From positions 1-53,381 of the forward strand of contig NEEC01000244.1 of assembly GCA_002189035.1 (NCBI GenBank): a stretch of 53,381 nucleotides of DNA, in the 5' to 3' direction. Under the pieces are notes generated by a model that made no database searches, was not told the DNA's origin, and saw nothing but the letters and a program-made list of their open reading frames with translations. Position numbers and translations under genes: made by a program. Source of the stretch: Utricularia gibba (Eukaryota; Plantae; Magnoliophyta). Shown piece by piece: positions 27,001 through 39,800 of this stretch; positions within the stretch are counted from its first letter, which is position 1, and each line of letters begins with the position of its first letter.

Positions 27001-30000
27001 CCATTGGGCTCAGGAGTCGAACCGAACCTTGGGTCCGGACGAATTTTCCCAACAAAGCACCCACCCAAAACGACAAGCTTTTCCTTCAGAAACCATGTAG
27101 GCAGGTGCCGAAAACCCAACGTTAATAAATGGATCACTTTTTTTGCCGGGCTACAAATGACTATGGGCCGAGCCCGACCTGACCTCCGGCCCGATCCTAG
27201 TGCCCCTCGAGAGCGCCTCCTCAAATATAAAGCTTGTGGACAAGAAAACCATTTGGGGTGCTCATGACATCCTAACTTCAAAAAAATGCATCACGATTTT
27301 CGTCGAATAGGACCCATTGGGCTCAGGAGTCGAACAGAACCTTGGGTCCGGATGAATTCCCAACGAAAGCACCCACCCAAAAACGACAAGCTTTTCCTTC
27401 AGAAACAATGTAGGCAGCTGCCGAAAACCCAACGTTAATAAATGGATCACTTTTTTGCCGGGCTACAAATGACTATGGGCCGAGTTCGACCCGACCTCCG
27501 GCCCGATCCTAGTGCCCCTCGAGAGCGCCTCCTCAAATAAAAAAGCTGTGGACAGAAAACCATTTGGGGTGCTCATGACATCCTAACTTCAAAAAATGCA
27601 TCACGATTTTCGTCGAATAGGACCCGATTGGGCTCAGGAGTCGAACCGAACCTTGGGTCCGGACGAATTCCCAACAACAGCACCCACCAAAAACGACAAG
27701 CTTTTCCTTCAGAAACCATGTAGGCAGCTGCCGAAAACCCAACGTTAATAAATGGATCACTTTTTTTTGCCGGGCTACAAATGACTATGGGCCCGAGCCC
27801 GACCTGACTCCGGCCCGATCCGGTGCCCCTCGAGAGCGCCTCCTCAAATATAAAGCTTGTGGATGAGAAAACCATTTGGGGTGCTCATGACATCCTAACT
27901 TCAAAAATGCATCACGATTTTCGTCGAATAGGACCCCATTGGGCTCAGGAGTCGAACCGAACCTTGGGTCCGGACGAATTCCAACAAAGCACCCACCCAA
28001 AAACGACAAGCTTTTCCTTCAGAAACCATGTAGGCAGCTGCCGAAAACCCAACGTTAATAAATGGATCACTTTTTTTGCCGGGCTACAAATGACTATGGG
28101 CCCGAGCCCGACCTGACCTCCGGCCCGATCCTGGTGCCCCTCGAGAGCGCCTCCTCAAAATAAAAGCTGTGGTGAGAAAACCATTTGGGGTGCTCATGAC
28201 ATCCTAACTTCAAAAATGCATCACGATTTTCGTCGAATAGGACCCCATTGGGCTCAGGAGTCGAACCGAACCTTGGGTCCGGATGAACTTCCAACGAAAG
28301 CACCCACCCAAAAACGACAAGCTTTTCCTTCAGAAACATGTAGGCAGCTGCCGAAAACCCAACGTTAATAAATGGATCACTTTTTTTGCCGGGCTACAAA
28401 TGACTATGGGCCCGAGTTCGACCCGACCTCCGCCCGATCCTAGTGCCCCTCGAGAGCGCCTCCTCAATAAAAAAGCTGTGGTTGAAGAAAACCATTTGGG
28501 GTGCTCATGACATCCTAACTTCAAAAAATGCATCACGATTTTCGTCGAATAGGACCCGTTGGGCTCAGGAGTCGAACCGAACCTTGGGTCCGGACGAATT
28601 CCCAAACGAAAGCACCCACCCAAAAACGACAAGCTTTTCCTTCAGAAACCATGTAGGCAGCTGCCGAAAACCCAACGTTAATAAATGGATCACTTTTTTT
28701 TGCCGGGCTACAAATGACTATGGGCCCGAGCGACGACCTCCGGCCCGATCCTAGTGCCCCTCGAGAGCGCCTCCTCAAATAAAAAGCTGTGGTTGAGAAA
28801 ACCATTTGGGGTGCTCATGACATCCTAACTTCAAAAAATGCATCACGATTTTCGTCGAATAGGACCTGATTGGGCTCAGGAGTCGAACCGAACCTTGGGT
28901 CCGGACGAATTTCCAACAACAGCACCCACCCAAAAACGACAAGCTTTTCCTTCAGAAACCATGTAGGCAGCTGCCGAAAACCCAACGTTAATAAATGGAT
29001 CACTTTTTGCCGGGCTACAAATGACTATGGGCCGAGCCCGACCTGACCTCCGCCCGATCCTGGTGCCCTCGAGAGCGCCTCCTCAAATATAAAGCTTGTG
29101 GACAAGAAAACCATTTGGGGTGCTCATGACATCCTAACTTCAAAAAATGCATCACGATTTTCGTCGAATAGGACCCATTGGGCTCAGGAGTCGAACCGAA
29201 CCTTGGGTCCGGATGAATTCCCAACGAAAGCACCCACCAAAAACGACAAGCTTTTCCTTCAGAAACAATGTAGGCAGCTGCCGAAAACCCAACGTTAATA
29301 AATGGATCACTTTTTTGCCGGGCTACAAATGACTATGGGCCCGAGCGACCGACCTCCGGCCCGATCCTAGTGCCCTCGAGAGCGCCTCCTCAAATATAAA
29401 GCTTGTGGACAAGAAAACCATTTGGGGTGCTCATGACATCCTAACTTCAAAAAATGCATCACGATTTTCGTCGAATAGGACCCCATTGGGCTCAGGAGTC
29501 GAACCGAACCTTGGGTCCGGATGAACTTCCAACGAAAGCACCCACCCAAAAAGACAAGCTTTTCCTTCAGAAACAATGTAGGCAGCTGCCGAAAACCCAA
29601 CGTTAATAAATGGATCACTTTTTTGCCGGGCTACAAATGACTATGGGCCGAGCCCGACCTGACCTCCGGCCCGATCCTGGTGCCCTCGAGAGCGCCTCCT
29701 CAAATATAAAGCTTGTGGATGAGAAAACCATTTGGGGTGCTCATGACATCCTAACTTCAAAAATGCATCACGATTTTCGTCGAATAGGACCCCATTGGGC
29801 TCAGGAGTCGAACCGAACCTTGGGTCCGGACGAATTCCAACAAAGCACCCACCCAAAAACGACAAGCTTTTCCTTCAGAAACCATGTAGGCAGCTGCCGA
29901 AAAACCCAACGTTAATAAATGGATCACTTTTTTTGCCGGGCTACAAATGACTATGGGGCCGAGCCCGACCTGACCTCCGCCCGATCCTGTGCCCCTCGAG

Positions 30001-30847
30001 AGCGCCTCCTCAAATATAAAAGCTTGTGGACAAGAAAACCATTTGGGGTGCTCATGACATCCTAACTTCAAAAAAATGCATCACGATTTTCGTCGAATAG
30101 GACCCCATTGGGCTCAGGAGTCGAACAGAACCTTGGGTCCGGATGAATTCCCAACGAAAGCACCTCCAAAAACGACAAGCTTTTCCTTCAGAAACCATGT
30201 AGGCAGCTGCCGAAAACCCAACGTTAATAAATGGATCACTTTTTTTGCCGGGCTACAAATGACTATGGGCCCGAGTTCGACCCGACCTCCGGCCAGATCC
30301 TAGTGCCCCTCGAGAGCGCCTCCTCAAATAAAAAGCTTGTGGTTGAGAAAAACCATTTGGGGTGCTCATGACATCCTAACTTCAAAAAATGCATCACGAT
30401 TTTCGTCGAATAGGACCCGATTGGGCTCAGGAGTCGAACGAACCTTGGGTCCGGACGAACTTCCCAACGAAAGCACCCCAAAAACGACAAGCTTTTCCTT
30501 CAGAAACAATGTAGGCAGCTGCCGAAAACCCAACGTTAATAAATGGATCACTTTTTTTGCCGGGCTACAAATGACTATGGGCCCGAGCCGACCCGACCTC
30601 CGGCCGATCCTAGTGCCCCTCGAGAGCGCCTCCTCAAATAAAGCTTGTGGAGAAAACCATTTGGGGTGCTCATGACATCCTAACTTCAAAAAATGCATCA
30701 CGATTTTCGTCGAATAGGACCCGATTGGGCTCAGGAGTCGAACCGAACCTTGGGTCCGGACGAAGTTCCAAACAAAGCACACCCAAAAACGACAAGCTTT
30801 TCCTTCAGAAACCATGTAGGCAGCTGCCGAAAACCCAACGTTAATAA

Positions 30848-33800
30848 ATGGATCACTTTTTTGCCGGGCTACAAATGACTATGGGCCCGAGCCCGACCCG
30901 ACCTCCGGCCCGATCCTGGTGCCCTCGAGAGCGCCTCCTCAAATATAAAGCTTGTGGATGAGAAAACCATTTGGGGTGCTCATGACATCCTAACTTCAAA
31001 AATGCATCACGATTTTCGTCGAATAGGACCGGAGGGTCGAACGAAGTCCCGAATGAAAGCACCCACCAAAAACGACAAGCTTTTCCTTCAGAAACCATGT
31101 AGGCAGCTGCCGAAAACCCAACGTTAATAAATGGATCACTTTTTTTGCCGGGCTACAAATGACTATGGGCCCGAGTTCGACCGACCTCCGGCCGATCCTA
31201 GTGCCCCTCGAGAGCGCCTCCTCAAATAAAAAGCTTGTGGTTGAGAAAACCATTTGGGGTGCTCATGACATCCTAACTTCAAAAATGCATCACGATTTTC
31301 GTCGAATAGGACCCGATTGGGCTCAGGAGTCGAACCGAACCTTGGGTCCGGACGAACTTCCAACAAAGCACCACCCAAAAACGACAAGCTTTTCCTTCAG
31401 AAACCATGTAGGCAGCTGCCGAAAACCCAACGTTAATAAATGGATCACTTTTTTGCCGGGCTACAAATGACTATGGGCCCGAGCGACCCGACTCCGGCCG
31501 ATCCTAGTGCCCTCGAGAGCGCCTCCTCAAATAAAAAGCATGTGGTGAGAAAACCATTTGGGGTGCTCATGACATCCTAACTTCAAAAAATGCATCACGA
31601 TTTTCGTCGAATAGGACCGATTGGGCTCAGGAGTCGAACCGAACCTTGGGTCCGGACGAAGTTCCCAACGAAAGCACCCACCCAAAAACGACAAGCTTTC
31701 CTTCAGAAACCATGTAGGCAGCTGCCGAAAACCCAACGTTAATAAATGGATCACTTTTTTTGCCGGGCTACAAATGACTATGGGCCCGAGCGACCCGACC
31801 TCCGGCCCGATCCTAGTGCCCCTCGAGAGCGCCTCCTCAAATAAAAAGCTTGTGGTTGAGAAAACCATTTGGGGTGCTCATGACATCCTAACTTCAAAAA
31901 AATGCATCACGATTTTCGTCGAATAGGACCCGATTGGGCTCAGGAGTCGAACCGAACTTGGGTCCGGACGAATTCCCAACAAAGCACCCACCAAAAACGA
32001 CAAGCTTTTCCTTCAGAAACCATGTAGGCGAAAACCCAACGTTAAAAATGGATCACTTTTTTGCCGGGCTAAAATGACTATGGGCCGAGCCCGACCGACC
32101 TCCGGCCCGATCCTAGTGCCCCTCGAGAGCGCCTCCTCAAATATAAAGCTTGTGGAGAAAACCATTTGGGGTGCTCATGACATCCTAACTTCAAAAATGC
32201 ATCACGATTTTCGTCGAATAGGACCCCATTGGGCTCAGGAGTCGAACCGAACCTTGGGTCCGGACGAATTCCCAACAAAAGCACCCACCCAAAAACGACA
32301 AGCTTTTCCTTCAGAAACATGTAGGCAGCTGCCGAAAACCCAACGTTAATAAATGGATCACTTTTTTTGCCGGGCTACAAATGACTATGGGCCCGAGTTC
32401 GACCGACCTCCGGCCCGATCCTAGTGCCCCTCGAGAGCGCCTCCTCAAATAAAAAGCTTGTGTTGAGAAAACCATTTGGGGTGCTCATGACATCCTAACT
32501 TCAAAAATGCATCACGATTTTCGTCGAATAGGACCCGATTGGGCTCAGGAGTCGAACGAACCTTGGGTCCGGACGAACTTCCAACAAAAGCACCCACCCA
32601 AAAACGACAAGCTTTTCCTTCAGAAACCATGTAGGCAGTGCCGAAAACCCAACGTTAATAAATGGATCACTTTTTTTGCCGGGCTACAAATGACTATGGG
32701 CCCGAGCCCGACCGACCTCCGGCCCGATCCTGGTGCCCCTCGAGAGCGCCTCCTCAAATAAAGCTTGTGGACAAGAAAACCATTTGGGGTGCTCATGACA
32801 TCCTAACTTCAAAAAATGCATCACGATTTTCGTCGAATAGGACCCATTGGGCTCAGGAGTCGAACGAACCTTGGGTCCGGATGAACTTCCAACGAAAGCA
32901 CCACCCAAAACGACAAGCTTTTCCTTCAGAAACCATGTAGGCAGCTGCCGAAAACCCAACGTTAATAAATGGATCACTTTTTTTGCCGGGCTACAAATGA
33001 CTATGGGCCCGAGTTCGACCCGACCTCCGGCCGATCCTAGTGCCCCTCGAGAGCGCCTCCTCAAATATAAAGCTTGTGGACAAGAAAACCATTTGGGGTG
33101 CTCATGACATCCTAACTTCAAAAAATGCATCACGATTTTCGTCGAATAGGACCCGATTGGGCTCAGGAGTCGAACCGAACCTTGGGTCGGACGAACTTCC
33201 AACAAAGCACCCACCAAAAACGACAAGCTTTTCCTTCAGAAACCATGTAGGCAGCTGCCGAAAACCCAACGTTAATAAATGGATCACTTTTTTTGCCGGG
33301 CTACAAATGACTATGGGCCCGAGCCCGACCCGACCTCCGGCCCGATCCTGGTGCCCTCGAGAGCGCCTCCTCAAATATAAAGCTTGTGGATGAGAAAACC
33401 ATTTGGGGTGCTCATGACATCCTAACTTCAAAAATGCATCACGATTTTCGTCGAATAGGACCCGATTGGGTCGAACGAACTTTCCCAACGAAAGCACCAC
33501 CAAAAACGACAAGCTTTTCCTTCAGAAACCATGTAGGCAGCTGCCGAAAACCCAACGTTAATAAATGGATCACTTTTTTTGCCGGGCTACAAATGACTAT
33601 GGGCCCGAGTTCGACCCGACCTCCGGCCGATCCTAGTGCCCCTCGAGAGCGCCTCCTCAAATATAAAGCTTGTGAGAAAACCATTTGGGGTGCTCATGAC
33701 ATCCTAACTTCAAAAAATGCATCACGATTTTCGTCGAATAGGACCCGATTGGGCTCAGGAGTCGAACGAACCTTGGGTCCGGATGAAATTTCCAACGAAA

Positions 33801-36800
33801 GCACCCACCCAAAAACGACAAGCTTTTCCTTCAGAAACATGTAGGCAGCTGCCGAAAACCCAACGTTAATAAATGGATCACTTTTTTTGCCGGGCTACAA
33901 ATGACTATGGGCCCGAGCCGACCCGACCTCCGGCCCGATCCTAGTGCCCCTCGAGAGCGCCTCCTCAAATATAAAGCTTGTGGAGAAAACCATTTGGGGT
34001 GCTCATGACATCCTAACTTCAAAAATGCATCACGATTTTTCGTCGAATAGGACCCCGATTGGGCTCAGGAGTCGAACCGAACCTTGGGTCCGGACGAATT
34101 CCCAACGAAAGCACCCACCCAAAAACGACAAGCTTTTCCTTCAGAAACATGTAGGCAGCTGCCGAAAACCCAACGTTAATAAATGGATCACTTTTTTTGC
34201 CGGGCTACAAATGACTATGGGCCGAGCCCGACCCGACCTCCGGCCGATCCTAGTGCCCCTCGAGAGCGCCTCCTCAAATATAAAGCTTGTGAGAAAACCA
34301 TTTGGGTGCTCATGACATCCTAACTTCAAAAATGCATCACGATTTTCGTCGAATAGGACCCGATTGGGCTCAGGAGTCGAACCGAACCTTGGGTCCGGAC
34401 GAATTCCAACGAAAGCACCCACCCAAAAACGACAAGCTTTTCCTTCAGAAACCATGTAGGCAGCTGCCGAAAACCCAACGTTAATAAATGGATCACTTTT
34501 TTGCCGGGCTACAAATGACTATGGGCCCGAGCCCGACCGACCTCCGGCCCGATCCTGGTGCCCCTCGAGAGCGCCTCCTCAAATATAAAGCTTGTGGATG
34601 AGAAAACCATTTGGGGTGCTCATGACATCCTAACTTCAAAAATGCATCACGATTTTCGTCGAATAGGACCGATTGGGCTCAGGAGTCGAACCGAACCTTG
34701 GGTCCGGACGAATTTCCAACAAAGCACCCACCCAAAAACGACAAGCTTTTCCTTCAGAAACCATGTAGGCAGCTGCCGAAAACCCAACGTTAATAAATGG
34801 ATCACTTTTTTTGCCGGGCTACAAATGACTATGGGCCGAGCCCGACCGACCTCCGGCCCGATCCTAGTGCCCCTCGAGAGCGCCTCCTCAAATATAAAGC
34901 TTGTGGACAAGAAAACCATTTGGGGTGCTCATGACATCCTAACTTCAAAAAATGCATCACGATTTTCGTCGAATAGGACCCGATTGGGCTCAGGAGTCGA
35001 ACCGAACCTTGGGTCGACTTCCCAACAAAAGCACCCACCCAAAAACGACAAGCTTTTCCTTCAGAAACCATGTAGGCAGCTGCCGAAAACCCAACGTTAA
35101 TAAATGGATCACTTTTTTTGCCGGGCTACAAATGACTATGGGCCGAGCGACCGACCTCCGGCCGATCCTAGTGCCCTCGAGAGCGCCTCCTCAAATAAAA
35201 AGCTTGTGGTTGAGAAAACCATTTGGGGTGCTCATGACATCCTAACTTCAAAAAATGCATCACGATTTTCGTCGAATAGGACCCGATTGGGCTCAGGAGT
35301 CGAACCGAACCTTGGGTCCGGACGAACTTCCCAAAAAGCACCACCCAAAAACGACAAGCTTTTCCTTCAAACCATGTAGGCAGCTGCCGAAAACCCAACG
35401 TTAATAAATGGATCACTTTTTTTGCCGGGCTACAAATGACTATGGGCCCGAGCCCGACCCGACCTCCGGCCCGATCCTGGTGCCCCTCGAGAGCGCCTCC
35501 TCAAATATAAAGCTTGTGGAGAAAACCATTTGGGGTGCTCATGACATCCTAACTTCAAAAAATGCATCACGATTTTCGTCGAATAGGACCCATTGGGCTC
35601 AGGAGTCGAAGAACCTTGGGTCCGGATGAATTCCCAACGAAAGCACCCACCCAAAAACGACAAGCTTTTCCTTCAGAAACATGTAGGCAGCTGCCGAAAA
35701 CCCAACGTTAATAAATGGATCACTTTTTTTGCCGGGCTACAAATGACTATGGGCCCGAGCCCGACCCGACCTCCGGCCCGATCCTAGTGCCCCTCGAGAG
35801 CGCCTCCTCAAATATAAAGCTTGTGGAGAAAACCATTTGGGGTGCTCATGACATCCTAACTTCAAAAAATGCATCACGATTTTCGTCGAATAGGACCCAT
35901 TGGGCTCAGGAGTCGAACGAACCTTGGGTCCGGATGAACTTCCCAACAGCACCCACCCAAAAACGACAAGCTTTTCCTTCAGAAACCATGTAGGCAGCTG
36001 CCGAAAACCCAACGTTAATAAATGGATCACTTTTTTTGCCGGGCTACAAATGACTATGGGCCGAGTTCGACCCGACCTCCGGCCGATCCTAGTGCCCCTC
36101 GAGAGCGCCTCCTCAAATATAAAGCTTGTGGACAAGAAAACCATTTGGGGTGCTCATGACATCCTAACTTCAAAAAATGCATCACGATTTTCGTCGAATA
36201 GGACCCGATTGGGCTCAGGAGTCGAACCGAACCTTGGGTCCGGACGAAGTTCCAACAAAGCACCACCCAAAAACGACAAGCTTTTCCTTCAGAAACCATG
36301 TAGGCAGCTGCCGAAAACCCAACGTTAATAAATGGATCACTTTTTTTGCCGGGCTACAAATGACTATGGGCCGAGCCCGACCCGACCTCCGGCCCGATCC
36401 GGTGCCCCTCGAGAGCGCCTCCTCAAATATAAAGCTTGTGGATGAGAAAACCATTTGGGGTGCTCATGACATCCTAACTTCAAAAATGCATCACGATTTT
36501 CGTCGAATAGGACCGATTGGTCCGAACGAAGTTCCCAACAAAGCACCACCAAAAACGACAAGCTTTTCCTTCAGAAACCATGTAGGCAGCTGCCGAAAAC
36601 CCAACGTTAATAAATGGATCACTTTTTTTGCCGGGCTACAAATGACTATGGGCCCGACGACTGACCTCCGGCCGATCCTAGTGCCCCTCGAGAGCGCCTC
36701 CTCAAATATAAAGCTTGTGGTGAGAAAACCATTTGGGGTGCTCATGACATCCTAACTTCAAAAAATGCATCACGATTTTCGTCGAATAGGACCCGATTGG

Positions 36801-39800
36801 GCTCAGGAGGAGTCGAACCGAACCTTGGGTCCGGACGAATTCCAACAAAGCACCCACCCAAAAACGACAAGCTTTTCCTTCAGAAACCATGTAGGCAGCT
36901 GCCGAAAACCCAACGTTAATAAATGGATCACTTTTTTTGCCGGGCTACAAATGACTATGGGCCCGAGTTCGACCGACCTCCGGCCGATCCTAGTGCCCCT
37001 CGAGCGCCTCCTCAAATAAAAAGCTTGTGGTGAGAAAACCATTTGGGTGCTCATGACATCCTAACTTCAATAAATGCATCACGATTTTCGTCGAATAGGA
37101 CCGATTGGGCTCAGGAGTCGAACCGAACCTTGGGTCCGGACGAATTCCCAACGAAAGCACCCACCAAAAACGACAAGCTTTTCCTTCAGAAACCATGTAG
37201 GCAGCTGCCGAAAACCCAACGTTAATAAATGGATCACTTTTTTTGCCGGGCTACAAATGACTATGGGCCCGAGCCGACGACCTCCGGCCCGATCCTAGTG
37301 CCCCTCGAGAGCGCCTCCTCAAATAAAAGCTTGTGGTTGAGAAAACCATTTGGGGTGCTCATGACATCCTAACTTCAAAAAATGCATCACGATTTTCGTC
37401 GAATAGGACCCGATTGGGCTCAGGAGTCGAACCGAACCTTGGGTCCGGACGAACTTCCCAACAAAGCACCCACCCAAAAACGACAAGCTTTTCCTTCAGA
37501 AACCATGTAGGCAGCTGCCGAAAACCCAACGTTAATAAATGGATCACTTTTTTTGCCGGGCTACAAATGACTATGGGCCGAGCCCGACCGACCTCCGGCC
37601 CGATCCTAGTGCCCCTCGAGAGCGCCTCCTCAAATATAAAGCTTGTGGACAAGAAAACCATTTGGGGTGCTCATGACATCCTAACTTCAAAAAATGCATC
37701 ACGATTTTCGTCGAATAGGACCCCATTGGGCTCAGGAGTCGAACCGAACCTTGGGTCCGGACGAATTCCCAACAAAAGCACCCACCCAAAAACGACAAGC
37801 TTTTCCTTCAGAAACCATGTAGGCAGCTGCCGAAAACCCAACGTTAATAAATGGATCACTTTTTTTGCCGGGCTACAAATGACTATGGGCCCGAGTTCGA
37901 GACCTCCGGCCGATCCTAGTGCCCCTCGAGAGCGCCTCCTCAAATAAAAAGCTTGTGGTTGAGAAAACCATTTGGGGTGCTCATGACATCCTAACTTCAA
38001 AAATGCATCACGATTTTCGTCGAATAGGACCCGATTGGGCTCAGGAGTCGAACCGAACCTTGGGTCCGGACGAATTCCAACAAAGCACCCACCCAAAAAC
38101 GACAAGCTTTTCCTTCAGAAACCATGTAGGCAGCTGCCGAAAACCCAACGTTAATAAATGGATCACTTTTTTGCCGGGCTACAAATGACTATGGGCCGAG
38201 CCCGACCGACCTCCGGCCCGATCCTGTGCCCCTCGAGAGCGCCTCCTCAAATATAAAGCTTGTGGACAAGAAAACCATTTGGGGTGCTCATGACATCCTA
38301 ACTTCAAAAATGCATCACGATTTTCGTCGAATAGGACCCCATTGGGCTCAGGAGTCGAACGAACCTTGGGTCCGGATGAACTTCCCAACGAAAGCACCCA
38401 CCCAAAAACGACAAGCTTTTCCTTCAGAAACATGTAGGCAGCTGCCGAAAACCCAACGTTAATAAATGGATCATTTTTTTGCCGGGCTACAAATGACTAT
38501 GGGCCCGACGACCGACCTCCGGCCGATCCTAGTGCCCCTCGAGAGCGCCTCCTCAAATATAAAGCTTGTGGACAAGAAAACCATTTGGGGTGCTCATGAC
38601 ATCCTAACTTCAAAAAATGCATCACGATTTTCGTCGAATAGGACCCGATTGGGCTCAGGAGTCGAACGAACCTTGGGTCCGGATGAACTTCCCAACAAAG
38701 CACCCACCCAAAAACGACAAGCTTTTCCTTCAGAAACCATGTAGGCAGCTGCCGAAAACCCAACGTTAATAAATGGATCACTTTTTTTGCCGGGCTACAA
38801 ATGACTATGGGCCGAGCCCGACCCGACCTCCGGCCCGATCCTAGTGCCCTCGAGAGCGCCTCCTCAAATATAAAGCTTGTGGTGAGAAAACCATTTGGGG
38901 TGCTCATGACATCCTAACTTCAAAAATGCATCACGATTTTCGTCGAATAGGACCCGTCGAACGAATCCCAACGAAAGCACCCACCCAAAAACGACAAGCT
39001 TTTCCTTCAGAAACCATGTAGGCAGCTGCCGAAAACCCAACGTTAATAAATGGATCACTTTTTTTGCCGGGCTACAAAATGACTATGGGCCCGAGTTCGA
39101 CCCGACCTCCGGCCGATCCTAGTGCCCCTCGAGAGCGCCTCCTCAAATATAAAGCTTGTGGACAGAAAACCATTTGGGGTGCTCATGACATCCTAACTTC
39201 AAAAAATGCATCACGATTTTCGTCGAATAGGACCCCGATTGGGCTCAGGAGTCGAACGAACCTTGGTCCGATGAACTTCCCAACGAAAGCACCCACCCAA
39301 AAACGACAAGCTTTTCCTTCAGAAACAATGTAGGCAGCTGCCGAAAACCCAACGTTAATAAATGGATCATTTTTTTGCCGGGCTACAAATGACTATGGGC
39401 CGAGTTCGACCCGACCTCCGGCCGATCCTAGTGCCCCTCGAGAGCGCCTCCTCAAATATAAAGCTTGTGGACAAGAAAACCATTTGGGGTGCTCATGACA
39501 TCCTAACTTCAAAAAATGCATCACGATTTTCGTCGAATAGGACCCCGATTGGGCTCAGGAGTCGAACCGAACCTTGGGTCCGGACGAATTCCCAACAAAA
39601 GCACCACCCAAAAACGACAAGCTTTTCCTTCAGAAAATGTAGGCAGCTGCCGAAAACCCAACGTTAATAAATGGATCACTTTTTTTGCCGGGCTACAAAT
39701 GACTATGGGCCGAGCCGACCGACCTCCGGCCCGATCCTAGTGCCCCTCGAGAGCGCCTCCTCAAATATAAAGTTGTGGACAAGAAAACCATTTGGGGTGC

